This document shows positions 1 through 7,902 of a DNA stretch of 55,336 nt, one piece after another. The position numbers and the translations under genes were made by a program. The notes below the pieces were generated by a model, which was not told where the DNA came from, did not search any database, and saw nothing but the letters and a program-made list of their open reading frames with translations. The stretch is from the NCBI GenBank assembly GCA_050248855.1, contig JBFWRP010000030.1, positions 1 to 55,336 of the forward strand, read 5' to 3'. This DNA comes from Planctomycetota bacterium (GTDB lineage: Bacteria; Planctomycetota; PLA2; JAEUHO01). Each line of letters opens with the position of its first letter. Within the stretch, counting starts at the first letter, position 1.

Positions 1-98
1 GCGCTCAGGCTCCGCCCTCGCGGCATGGGTGGGCTGTTTCGTTCCGCCATCTTCCGCCCGCGCAAGCGAAAGCTTGTTCGATGCGCAGCAGAGCAGTT

Positions 99-206
99 GT
101 TCCGCGCTCCCGCGCGGATTCGGTGCTTCGGCTTCGCCTGCGCAGCAGGGGGGCTATTCCGTACCCCCCCTGCACCCCTCACGGTCCCCCCTGCACCCCT
201 CACGGT
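99..206. repeat. Dispersed repeat module B, with a 21-bp tandem duplication at its end
   Basis: 99-185 closely matches the reverse complement of 36425-36512. CCCCCCTGCACCCCTCACGGT is repeated at 165-185 and 186-206. Confidence 0.85.
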
Positions 207-245
207 GCGGCGCCGCGGCAAGGGGCCTGACACATCCGGGGTCGC
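207..245. repeat. Partial copy of the 112-bp array unit (module C)
   Basis: GCGGCGCCGCGGCAAGGGGCCTGACACATCCGGGGTCGC matches the array unit GCGGCGCCGCGGCAAGGGTCCAGACACATCCGGGGTCGC with 2 mismatches. Confidence 0.85.
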
Positions 246-279
246 GCGACATCCGGCGGCAGTCCAACCGCGTCAGGCC

Positions 280-1197
280 CTACAGGATCGTCTTCCCGAA
301 CGCGCTGAGGATCAGCTCCACGGCGAGACGCCCCGTCTCGTTGCGCTCGTCGAGCACGGGGTTGAGCTCGACCATGTCCATGGACACCAGACAACCTGCA
401 CGCGCAACGGCCTCGCAGGCCCAGTGCGCTTCGCGGTAGGAGAGGCCCCCAGGGACGGGCGTACCGACACCGGGCGCCACCTTGGGGTCCACGCCGTCCA
501 GATCGAACGACATGTGCACACCCGCCGTGCCGTCCGTGACGCGGTCCAGCGCCTCGGCCAGGCAGGTCGCAAACCCACGCTCGTCGATCTCCGACATCGT
601 GTACACGCGCACGCCGGCCTCCCGCACGAGGTCCGCCTCGTTGGGGTCCACGCTGCGGATGCCCAGCAGCGCCGTGCGTTCCGGTCGAATCGCGGGGGAG
701 CGCGCCGCAAGCTTGCGGAACTGGGGCAAGCCGTGGCCCAGCATGTGGGCCAAGGGCATGCCGTGGATGTTGCCGCTCGGCGTCGTCTCGGGAGTGTTCA
801 TGTCCGTGTGCGCGTCCATCCACAGGACGCCGATCGACTTGCTCTTGGCGTGGAAGTGGTTGCTGACGCCCGCGATGCTGCCCATGGCCAGGCTGTGATC
901 CCCGCCCAGGACCAAAGGCAGCGCGCCACGGGCCAAAGCCTGCTCCGTGGCGTCCCGGAGCCGTGTGCAGACGTCGAGCACCTCGCGGAGGTAGCGCGCG
1001 TCCGTACGGCCCGGCTTCACGCTCTCCGGCTCGCGCACGTAGAGGCTGCCGCGCTCCAGCACGGTCCAGCCCAGGTCGGCCAGCCGCTGGGTCAGGCCTG
1101 CGATGCGGATCGCCGACGGGCCCATGTCCACGCCACGCCGGCCGGCGCCGAGGTCGATGTGGACGGACAGGATCGAAGTGACGCGGCGGCGGGCCAT
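280..1197 (-). CDS. rocF: Arginase
   Basis: Motifs GAGRRGVDMGP, GGDHS, DAHTD, SGNIHGMP, SFDLDGVDP and VELNP. ATG at 1197 chosen as start. Confidence 0.95.
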   Translation of the reverse strand: MARRRVTSILSVHIDLGAGRRGVDMGPSAIRIAGLTQRLADLGWTVLERGSLYVREPESVKPGRTDARYLREVLDVCTRLRDATEQALARGALPLVLGGDHSLAMGSIAGVSNHFHAKSKSIGVLWMDAHTDMNTPETTPSGNIHGMPLAHMLGHGLPQFRKLAARSPAIRPERTALLGIRSVDPNEADLVREAGVRVYTMSEIDERGFATCLAEALDRVTDGTAGVHMSFDLDGVDPKVAPGVGTPVPGGLSYREAHWACEAVARAGCLVSMDMVELNPVLDERNETGRLAVELILSAFGKTIL

Positions 1198-1361
1198 GGG
1201 CGCTCCCGGGGGTTGGTCGGGCCTGCAGCATCGCCCGAGGTACCGCGGTTGGCGCGGATCCACGAGATGGCGCCGTGGGCACGCCACACCGTGGGCGCGC
1301 GAAGGCCCCTTATGATCCCGGCTCGGCCGGCGTTCGAGCGGGGGCGCGGCGGGAGGCCCGG

Positions 1362-2492
1362 GTGCTTCGGATCCAGCGCGCGCTGCTGCTCGAGCTGGCC
1401 GTGGTGTTCCTGCTCATCACGACCGTGGTCACCGCGGCCGTGTTCCTCGGTTCCACGATCCACCTTCTGGCGGAGGGGGCCGGCGCCGTGGGCACCGAGC
1501 TGCTCTTCGATCTCTTGCCCAAGCTGCTGCCCCTGGCCTTCTCCTTCAGCCTGCCGTTCTCGTGGCTCGCGACCGTGGCCATCGTGCTGGGGCGCTGGAC
1601 GTCGGACCACGAGCTGACGGCGCTGCAGTTCGCAGGCGTCCGGGCCCGTGCCGTCGTGTTGCCCGTGATCGCGGCGGGAGCTGTCTTGGCCGCCGCGGGC
1701 ATGCACTTCAACGCCTACACGGTGCCGCGGACGAGCCGCGAGGTGAAGGTGGGCCTGCGCGAGATGGTGCCCCAGTTCCTGCGATCGCTACGCGGCAGCG
1801 ATCGCAGCATGATCCTCAGCCAAGGTCGCCTGTCGTTCGAACGCTGGATCGACGGGGCCTTCGAGAACGTCGAGCTCGACCGCCGGCGCGAAGACGGTCA
1901 TCTGCTGCAGAAGGCGTGGGCGCGGCGGCTGGTCTTGGCGCCGCAGCAGGGCGACGAGGAAGCCGTCGGCCTCCTGTTCGACCTGCAGGACGCGGTCGTC
2001 ATGACGGCCGACGACGACGGTGGTACCCGCGTCGAGCGCAAGGACGCCGTGCAGATGCCGATGGGGGTCGTGCGTTCGATCGCCGCATCCACGGGCTTCA
2101 ACGAGCTGTTCGGCACGCGCCCCTTCCAGTACCGGGCCAAGGACATGACCCTGCCCGAGCTGGCCTACGTCATCGAACGCGGAGGTGTGGAGCGCGCGGC
2201 CGTGATCCGGGCCCAGACGCGCCTGCATGGTCGCTTGGCGCTCGGCGCGAGCCCCTTCTTCATGGGCCTGTTCGCCGTCGCGATGTTGCTGTTCCTCCCC
2301 CCGAGCAGCCGGCGCGTGCGCGACTTCAACCTGTGCTTCCTGCCGTGCATCCTCACGTTCTTCCCGCTGTACGTGATGGGGGCGCCCCTGGCCCGCGACC
2401 AGGGCTGGCCGCCCTGGCTGGCACTGTGGCTCTCCAACATCGTGTTGGGCATCGCGGCTCTCGTGCTGCTCGTCCTCGGACGCCGACGCTGA
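1362..2492 (+). CDS. lptF: LptF/LptG family LPS export permease
   Basis: Three N-terminal TM helices, motif LGRWTSDHELTAL...GV, a periplasmic domain and three C-terminal TM helices. Paired with the next gene. GTG start at 1362. Confidence 0.85.
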   Translation: MLRIQRALLLELAVVFLLITTVVTAAVFLGSTIHLLAEGAGAVGTELLFDLLPKLLPLAFSFSLPFSWLATVAIVLGRWTSDHELTALQFAGVRARAVVLPVIAAGAVLAAAGMHFNAYTVPRTSREVKVGLREMVPQFLRSLRGSDRSMILSQGRLSFERWIDGAFENVELDRRREDGHLLQKAWARRLVLAPQQGDEEAVGLLFDLQDAVVMTADDDGGTRVERKDAVQMPMGVVRSIAASTGFNELFGTRPFQYRAKDMTLPELAYVIERGGVERAAVIRAQTRLHGRLALGASPFFMGLFAVAMLLFLPPSSRRVRDFNLCFLPCILTFFPLYVMGAPLARDQGWPPWLALWLSNIVLGIAALVLLVLGRRR

Positions 2493-2493
2493 C

Positions 2494-3600
2494 ATGCGCA
2501 AGCACGACCGCTACGTGCTGGGGAGCTACATCGCGACGTTCTTCGCGGTGTTGTTCTTCTTCACGCTGATCGTCGTCGTCATCGACCTGGCGGATGCGGC
2601 CGGCAAGTTCGCCCGCCAGTGGAGCAGCGTGAAGGAGGCTGGGTACCAGCCGTGGGTGCTGCTGGGCGAGTACTACGCCACGATGCTGCCCTTCATCTGG
2701 ATGCGCATCCTGCCCTTCGTCGTGGCGATCGCCGCCGCCTTCAGCCTGGCCCGGCTCTCCAAACACCACGAGCTGGTCGCGTTGGTCCTCACCGGCGTGT
2801 CCTTGCGTCGCATCGTGGCACCCATCCTGCTGGCGGGCGTGGTCGTCGCCGGCTGCATGGCGGTCGCGCAGGCGGTCGTCGCATCGCCAGCCAGCCAGCG
2901 GCACGCCTTCCTGCGGCGCGTCCTCGAGAAGCGCAGCCCCAACCGCGTCACCAAGGTGCCGCACTTCCACGACCCCAGCGGCGCGCGGCTTGCCATGGAC
3001 GCCTACCTGCCGCTGGACCGTCGCATGGAGTCCGTGTGGGTCAGCCTCTGGGCCCCCGAGGGCCTCATGGAGACGCGCTGGTACCCGGAGCTGGCGTGGT
3101 CGAGCGAAGACGCTGCTTGGCTGGCTCCGCGCGGCGGCGAGCGCATCCCCGTCGACGCGAACGGGGCGGGCACGCGCCGGTTGCCCATCGAGCCCGACGC
3201 CCGGGCTCCGCTCGAGGCGAGCCTGGCCCTGCTCGAGGTCTCGCTCACCGTCACGGACAGCCTGGGGCGCTCCTATGGCGAGGCCAAGGCGCTTACCGCA
3301 GCCAACCCGCAAGATGCCCGCCTCGCCATCGCCTTCCACCAGCTGCTGGCCACGCCCGTCAGCGCCGTGGTCCTGTTGTTGCTCGTGTTGCCCTTCGCCT
3401 TGCGCGTGGGCCGGCGCAGCTCGTCGTCGCTTCCCGGCATGTCCGCCGCCCTGGGGCTCGGCGCACTCTTCTTCGGCGCCACGCAGGTCTGCACGGGCCT
3501 CGGCGCTGGCGGCGACCTCAACCCGGTCGTGATGGCGTGGCTGCCCACCGTCCTGTTCGCCAGCCTCGGGCTCGCCCTCTTCGCCAGCCTCGACGGCTAG
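2494..3600 (+). CDS. lptG: LptF/LptG family LPS export permease
   Basis: N-terminal DRYV, motif LARLSKHHELVALVLTGVSLRRI and C-terminal AWLP. Confidence 0.85.
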   Translation: MRKHDRYVLGSYIATFFAVLFFFTLIVVVIDLADAAGKFARQWSSVKEAGYQPWVLLGEYYATMLPFIWMRILPFVVAIAAAFSLARLSKHHELVALVLTGVSLRRIVAPILLAGVVVAGCMAVAQAVVASPASQRHAFLRRVLEKRSPNRVTKVPHFHDPSGARLAMDAYLPLDRRMESVWVSLWAPEGLMETRWYPELAWSSEDAAWLAPRGGERIPVDANGAGTRRLPIEPDARAPLEASLALLEVSLTVTDSLGRSYGEAKALTAANPQDARLAIAFHQLLATPVSAVVLLLLVLPFALRVGRRSSSSLPGMSAALGLGALFFGATQVCTGLGAGGDLNPVVMAWLPTVLFASLGLALFASLDG

Positions 3601-3875
3601 GCGAAGGTGCCAGAGGCGAAGGTGCCAGAGCAATTCGTATCACCCAGCGTCGAGGGTTCGCTGAGACCACGGCGGCCGCCGTCGCTGGGTGGTAGGAATT
3701 GCTCTGGCACCGTACGGTCCACTGGCACCGTACGGTCCAGCGTCGAGGGTGCGCTGCGACTACGGCGGCCGCCCTCGCTGGGTGGTAGGAACTGCTCTGG
3801 CACCGTACGGTCCCGCTGGGTGGTAGGAATTGCTCTGGCACCGTACGGTGATGGGGACTGCCCTGGCACCGTACG
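3601..3875. repeat. REP-like palindromic/tandem repeat cluster (module D)
   Basis: CGCTGGGTGGTAGGAAYTGCTCTGGCACCGTACGGT at 3683, 3776 and 3814. Inverted arm GGTGCCAGAGCAATTCGTATCACCCAGCG at 3621-3649. Partial CTGGCACCGTACG copies at 3722 and 3863. Confidence 0.9.
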
Positions 3876-3884
3876 CTTGGGTGC

Positions 3885-4913
3885 GTGGTCCCGCGTGAAC
3901 GCCAGCGCCCGTACGCCGATCTCTCCCGCCCGCAGCGGGAGCAGTCGTTCGTCGTGCCGGCCGAGGAGGCGGGCGAGCGCTTGGACCACGTGCTCGCCAG
4001 GCACGTCACGTGGCGCAGCCGCACGCAGCTCGCGCGCATGGTCCGCGACGGCGCCGTGCGGGTGGGGGGGCGCCCCAGCAAGCCCGCGGCCCGCGTCCAA
4101 GCCGGCGACGTGGTCACGCTCGACGTGCCGCCGGATACGGACGCGCCCGAGCGCGAAGACGCCAGCGATCTGGTGATCCTGCACGAGGACGCGCACGTGA
4201 TCGCCGTGGACAAGCCCAGCGGCATGGCCGTCCATCCCGCGGGACGCCTCCGCCACGGCACGCTGATCAACAAGCTCCACGCGCGCTTCCGCAGCGACGA
4301 CCCCGAGCAGGATCGCGTGCCGCGACTGGGCCACCGCCTCGACATGGACACGAGCGGCATCGTGCTGGCCGTGCTGGACCGGTTCACGGACGCCCAGGTG
4401 ACCGACCTCTTCACGCGGCGCACCGTGAAGAAGACCTACCTCGCCCTCGTGCAGGGCCTGCCGCCCGCCGCGGGCGAGATCGACGCGCCCATCGGGCCGT
4501 CGCTCGGCGCCGAGACCGACATCCACATGGGCGTGCGACCCGATGGGCTACCGGCGCGAACGACCTACCGCGTCCGCGAGACGTTCGCCCGTCACGCCCT
4601 CGTCGAGCTGGACCTGCACACGGGGCGCACGCACCAGCTGCGCGTGCATCTGGCCTACATCGGTCACCCGATCGTGTGCGACCACCTCTACGGCGACTGC
4701 CGGCCGCTCCTGGCGAGCACGGTCTGCCGTGACCTCGCCCCGTCCGACGATCGCGTGCTCCTCGCGCGACTCGGGCTGCATGCCCACCATCTGGTCATGC
4801 CGCATCCGGCGGGTCCAGGCACCCTGGACATCACGAGCCCGCTGCCCGCCGACCTCGAGGCGGCGGTCGCCGCCTTGCGCGTCTTGCGGCCCGGAGGTGT
4901 CCCATGCACTTGA
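3885..4913 (+). CDS. RluA/RluD family pseudouridine synthase
   Basis: S4-like N-terminus (ERLD...SR), DKPSGMAVHP, catalytic HRLDMDTSG and TGRTHQLRVH. Confidence 0.95.
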   Translation: MVPRERQRPYADLSRPQREQSFVVPAEEAGERLDHVLARHVTWRSRTQLARMVRDGAVRVGGRPSKPAARVQAGDVVTLDVPPDTDAPEREDASDLVILHEDAHVIAVDKPSGMAVHPAGRLRHGTLINKLHARFRSDDPEQDRVPRLGHRLDMDTSGIVLAVLDRFTDAQVTDLFTRRTVKKTYLALVQGLPPAAGEIDAPIGPSLGAETDIHMGVRPDGLPARTTYRVRETFARHALVELDLHTGRTHQLRVHLAYIGHPIVCDHLYGDCRPLLASTVCRDLAPSDDRVLLARLGLHAHHLVMPHPAGPGTLDITSPLPADLEAAVAALRVLRPGGVPCT

Positions 4914-5677
4914 GCGTTGCCGGTCGCAAGCGGTTGGCCCAGATCGCCCGCGGCAGGGGGGATCCGGGCCTCCATCTCCTCGAGGGCGCGAAAGCCGTGC
5001 ACGACGCACTGGCGACGGGGCACGTCGTGGAAGTCTGGCGGCGCGACAACCTCGCGCCCGACGTGGCGATCGGCTTCGATCGTGCCTGCGCCGACGCGGG
5101 CATCACCGTCGGCCTCGCCAAGTCGTCCGACCTCGAGCGGGTGGGCGGCGTCCGCACACCCCAGGGCATCGTGGCGGTCGTGCGTGACCCGGAGCGCAGC
5201 CCCGACGAGGTGTTGGGCCAGCCGGGGTGGGTGCTGTGGCTCGATGGTCTGCAAGACCCGGGCAACGTCGGTTCGGCCTTCCGCGTGGCGGTGGCCTTTG
5301 GCGCGGCGGGCCTGCTCGTGAGCGACGACGGGGCCCATCCGTTGGGCGCCAAGGCGCTGCGCGCCTCGGCCGGCCTGGCGCTGGCCGTGCCCTTCGCACG
5401 CGCGCCCTCGGCCGCCCTTGCCGCCGCTGTCCGCCTGGACGGTCGCTCGGCCTGGGTCCTTGAGGCCGGCGGTCGCGACGTGTTCGAAGTCGTGCGGGAG
5501 ATCGAGGCGCCCGGCGTGCTCGTGGTGGGCAGTGAAGGACGCGGGCCCGGGGAACACGCGCACTCGTTGGACCCCGAAGGCCTCGGCGTGCCCATCGAGC
5601 CCGGCGCCGAGTCGCTGAACGCAGCCGTTGCGTTGGGGATCGCGATGGCCGTGCTCGTGCGGAGCCCGCGGGCGTGA
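4904..5677 (+). CDS. TrmH/SpoU family RNA methyltransferase
   Basis: SPOUT motifs LQDPGNVGS..R, GSEGRG and ESLNAAVA. Confidence 0.9.
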   Translation: MHLSVAGRKRLAQIARGRGDPGLHLLEGAKAVHDALATGHVVEVWRRDNLAPDVAIGFDRACADAGITVGLAKSSDLERVGGVRTPQGIVAVVRDPERSPDEVLGQPGWVLWLDGLQDPGNVGSAFRVAVAFGAAGLLVSDDGAHPLGAKALRASAGLALAVPFARAPSAALAAAVRLDGRSAWVLEAGGRDVFEVVREIEAPGVLVVGSEGRGPGEHAHSLDPEGLGVPIEPGAESLNAAVALGIAMAVLVRSPRA

Positions 5678-6645
5678 GCGGAGCGCGGCACCACGATGCC
5701 CAGGGGCCGGCCTGGGCGGGACGCGTCGTGCGCTTGGATGCGCGCGGCTGTCTCGTGCGGCTGGACGAAGCGCACGGCGAGCTGCCCGGCGCGGGCAACG
5801 AGCTCTGGTGCGCCGTGCGCGGGCGTCACTACCACGGGGCGCGGCCCGGCCAGAAGACGCCGGCCGTGGTGGGCGACCGTGTCGTCGTGCACTGGAGCGG
5901 CGAAGACCGCGGCGCCATCGACCATCTCGAGCCACGCCGCACCACGCTCTCGCGGCCGAGCACGCGCCGCGAGCGCGTCGAGCACGTGATGGCCGCGAAC
6001 GCGGACCGCGTGGCGATCGTGAGCGCGGCGGCCGATCCCGTGTTCAACCCCGCGCTCGTCGACCGCATCTTGGCCGTGGTCGAGTTTTCGCACCTGGATG
6101 CGATCGTCGTGGTCAACAAGCTCGACCTCGTCGACGAGGAGCCCGAAGAGCTCGACGTCTACCGCGCGCTGGGCTACGCCGTCGTGGCCACGAGCGTGGT
6201 GGACGGCCGCGGCATCGAAACCCTGCGCGCCGAGCTCGCGGGCCGCGTCACGGTCGTCACGGGCCACAGCGGCGTCGGCAAGTCGTCGTTGCTCAACGCC
6301 GTGCAGGGGGGCCTGGGATTGGCGGTGGGGGACGTGAACGAAGTGACGGGCCGCGGCACGCACACCACGACGGCCTCGACCTGGGTGGACCTGGACGTCG
6401 GCGGCGCGGTCATCGACACGGCCGGCATCCGCGAGTTCGGCCTCTTCGGGATCCCCAAGCGCGAAGTCGGCTGGCTCTTCCGCGACATCGCCAGGATCGC
6501 CCCCGACTGCCGCTACCCGGACTGTTCCCACACCCACGAGCCCGGCTGCGCCGTCCTGACCGCCGTCGAGGAGGGCCGCCTCGCGGAGTTCCGCTTCGAC
6601 TCCTACCTGAAGCTGCTCGAGAGCCTGGACGAGATGCCGCCGTAG
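5674..6645 (+). CDS. rsgA: Ribosome small subunit-dependent GTPase A
   Basis: Permuted GTPase motifs NKLD, GHSGVGKSS, GTHTT and DTAG; Zn site CRYPDCSHTHEPGC. Confidence 0.95.
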   Translation: MSGARHHDAQGPAWAGRVVRLDARGCLVRLDEAHGELPGAGNELWCAVRGRHYHGARPGQKTPAVVGDRVVVHWSGEDRGAIDHLEPRRTTLSRPSTRRERVEHVMAANADRVAIVSAAADPVFNPALVDRILAVVEFSHLDAIVVVNKLDLVDEEPEELDVYRALGYAVVATSVVDGRGIETLRAELAGRVTVVTGHSGVGKSSLLNAVQGGLGLAVGDVNEVTGRGTHTTTASTWVDLDVGGAVIDTAGIREFGLFGIPKREVGWLFRDIARIAPDCRYPDCSHTHEPGCAVLTAVEEGRLAEFRFDSYLKLLESLDEMPP

Positions 6646-6651
6646 CGGTCC

Positions 6652-6996
6652 TCACCCCGCGCGGCGCGCCCGCTCGGCCCTGCGCGAGCGGCGCCCGATG
6701 GTGGGCGCGAGCTGGGCCAAGCCCTCCAGGGTCCTGCGGGCCGCACCCTGGACATCGCGCGAGGACGCGCGGGACTCCGCCAATCGCAGTACGTCGTCCT
6801 TCATCGCAACGAGCTTCCATCGTCGGATGTAGGCCAGCGTGCCCAGCACGACGTCCTCCTCTTCGGAGTCCAGCAAGTCGGCGAGATACGGCACGCTGCA
6901 CGCCAGGCGGAACTCGATGCCGCTCAGGCACTCGAGCACGGCTCGATCACGCGAGGCGCGACCGTTGCGATGCACACCGGCGAAGCGCTTCTGCAT
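6652..6996 (-). CDS. Hypothetical protein, HEAT-like helical
   Basis: GAGGAG RBS before ATG 6996; segment VPYLADLLDSEEEDVV...VQGAARRTL; downstream of tonB on the same strand. Confidence 0.55.
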   Translation of the reverse strand: MQKRFAGVHRNGRASRDRAVLECLSGIEFRLACSVPYLADLLDSEEEDVVLGTLAYIRRWKLVAMKDDVLRLAESRASSRDVQGAARRTLEGLAQLAPTIGRRSRRAERARRAG

Positions 6997-7059
6997 GGCT
7001 GTCTCCTCGTGAGGACGCATGGCCTCCAAGCAAGCGGCGCGCCGGGCGCGTCCGAGGCG

Positions 7060-7902
7060 CTAGCTCTCCAGGCGGAACCGAACCGTGAACGTGGCAGCTG
7101 CGGGACCCGCCATGGGATGGAAGCGAATCGCCATGCCCAGACGGACCGCGGCCTCGTCCAAGCGCGCATCTCCGGAGGAGGCGATGACCCACGCGCGCAG
7201 AACGCTGCCCGAGGCGGCGATGTCGAGCTCCAGGCGCACCGCGCCTTCCACGCCCTCCAAGCGAGCCGGCTCGGGGTAGTACGACGTCGGAGAGGGCACC
7301 CACGCCTGGCGCGGGACGGCGCGAGGGGGCGTCGGACGGGGACGCTGCACACGCGCAGGCCGGAGCACGGGGGGAGGCGGTTGCAGGGCGGGGGCGACGT
7401 CCGTAGGGGCCGGCGGCGGTGGCGAAGGCGTAACGGATGCGACGGACCGGGGACGGCGCGCCAGGACGGAAGCCGGCGCGTCGAGCGACGGCGTGGGCAG
7501 GTCGGGCACCGGCTTGGGCAATGCCGCGGTCTCTTCGGGCAGCTCCGGCTCCTCTTCGTGCTCCTCGACGTCGGGTTCCCACGGCGGGGACGCTTGCATC
7601 GCGGGCTCCGGCACCGGCTCGAGAACCTGCTCCTCGAGCGGCTGCGTTTCGTCCGCGGGGAGGTCCGGGAGGGCGCTCTCGTCCAGCCGGACGTGGAGCG
7701 GGATTACGGTCGGTGGCGCCGGGGCCTCGATCGCAACGGGCACCAGCAGGATGCCCACGGCGACATGCAGGGCTGCCGAGGCGAGCCAGGCCGTCCGGCG
7801 CGACCCGCCCGGCCGCCTGGGGCGTCGGCTCCCGGCGCGACACGACCCACGAAGCCCGGTGGGCGTCGCAGCGTGGCGTTCCGCGGCCGGCGCGACGATC
7901 AG
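7060..7902 (-). CDS. tonB: Energy transducer TonB
   Basis: TM helix with SAALH, Pro/Glu-rich linker and C-terminal YPEPARLEGVEGAV...SSG..LDEAA...VRFRL. Start uncertain (CTG 7902 or GTG 8037). Confidence 0.88.
   Translation of the reverse strand: MIVAPAAERHAATPTGLRGSCRAGSRRPRRPGGSRRTAWLASAALHVAVGILLVPVAIEAPAPPTVIPLHVRLDESALPDLPADETQPLEEQVLEPVPEPAMQASPPWEPDVEEHEEEPELPEETAALPKPVPDLPTPSLDAPASVLARRPRSVASVTPSPPPPAPTDVAPALQPPPPVLRPARVQRPRPTPPRAVPRQAWVPSPTSYYPEPARLEGVEGAVRLELDIAASGSVLRAWVIASSGDARLDEAAVRLGMAIRFHPMAGPAAATFTVRFRLES

Noticed and set aside
3683..3849. Mini-CRISPR (three 36-bp repeats)
   Set aside because: Intervening lengths are 57 and 2 nt, and the longer one is itself duplicated.
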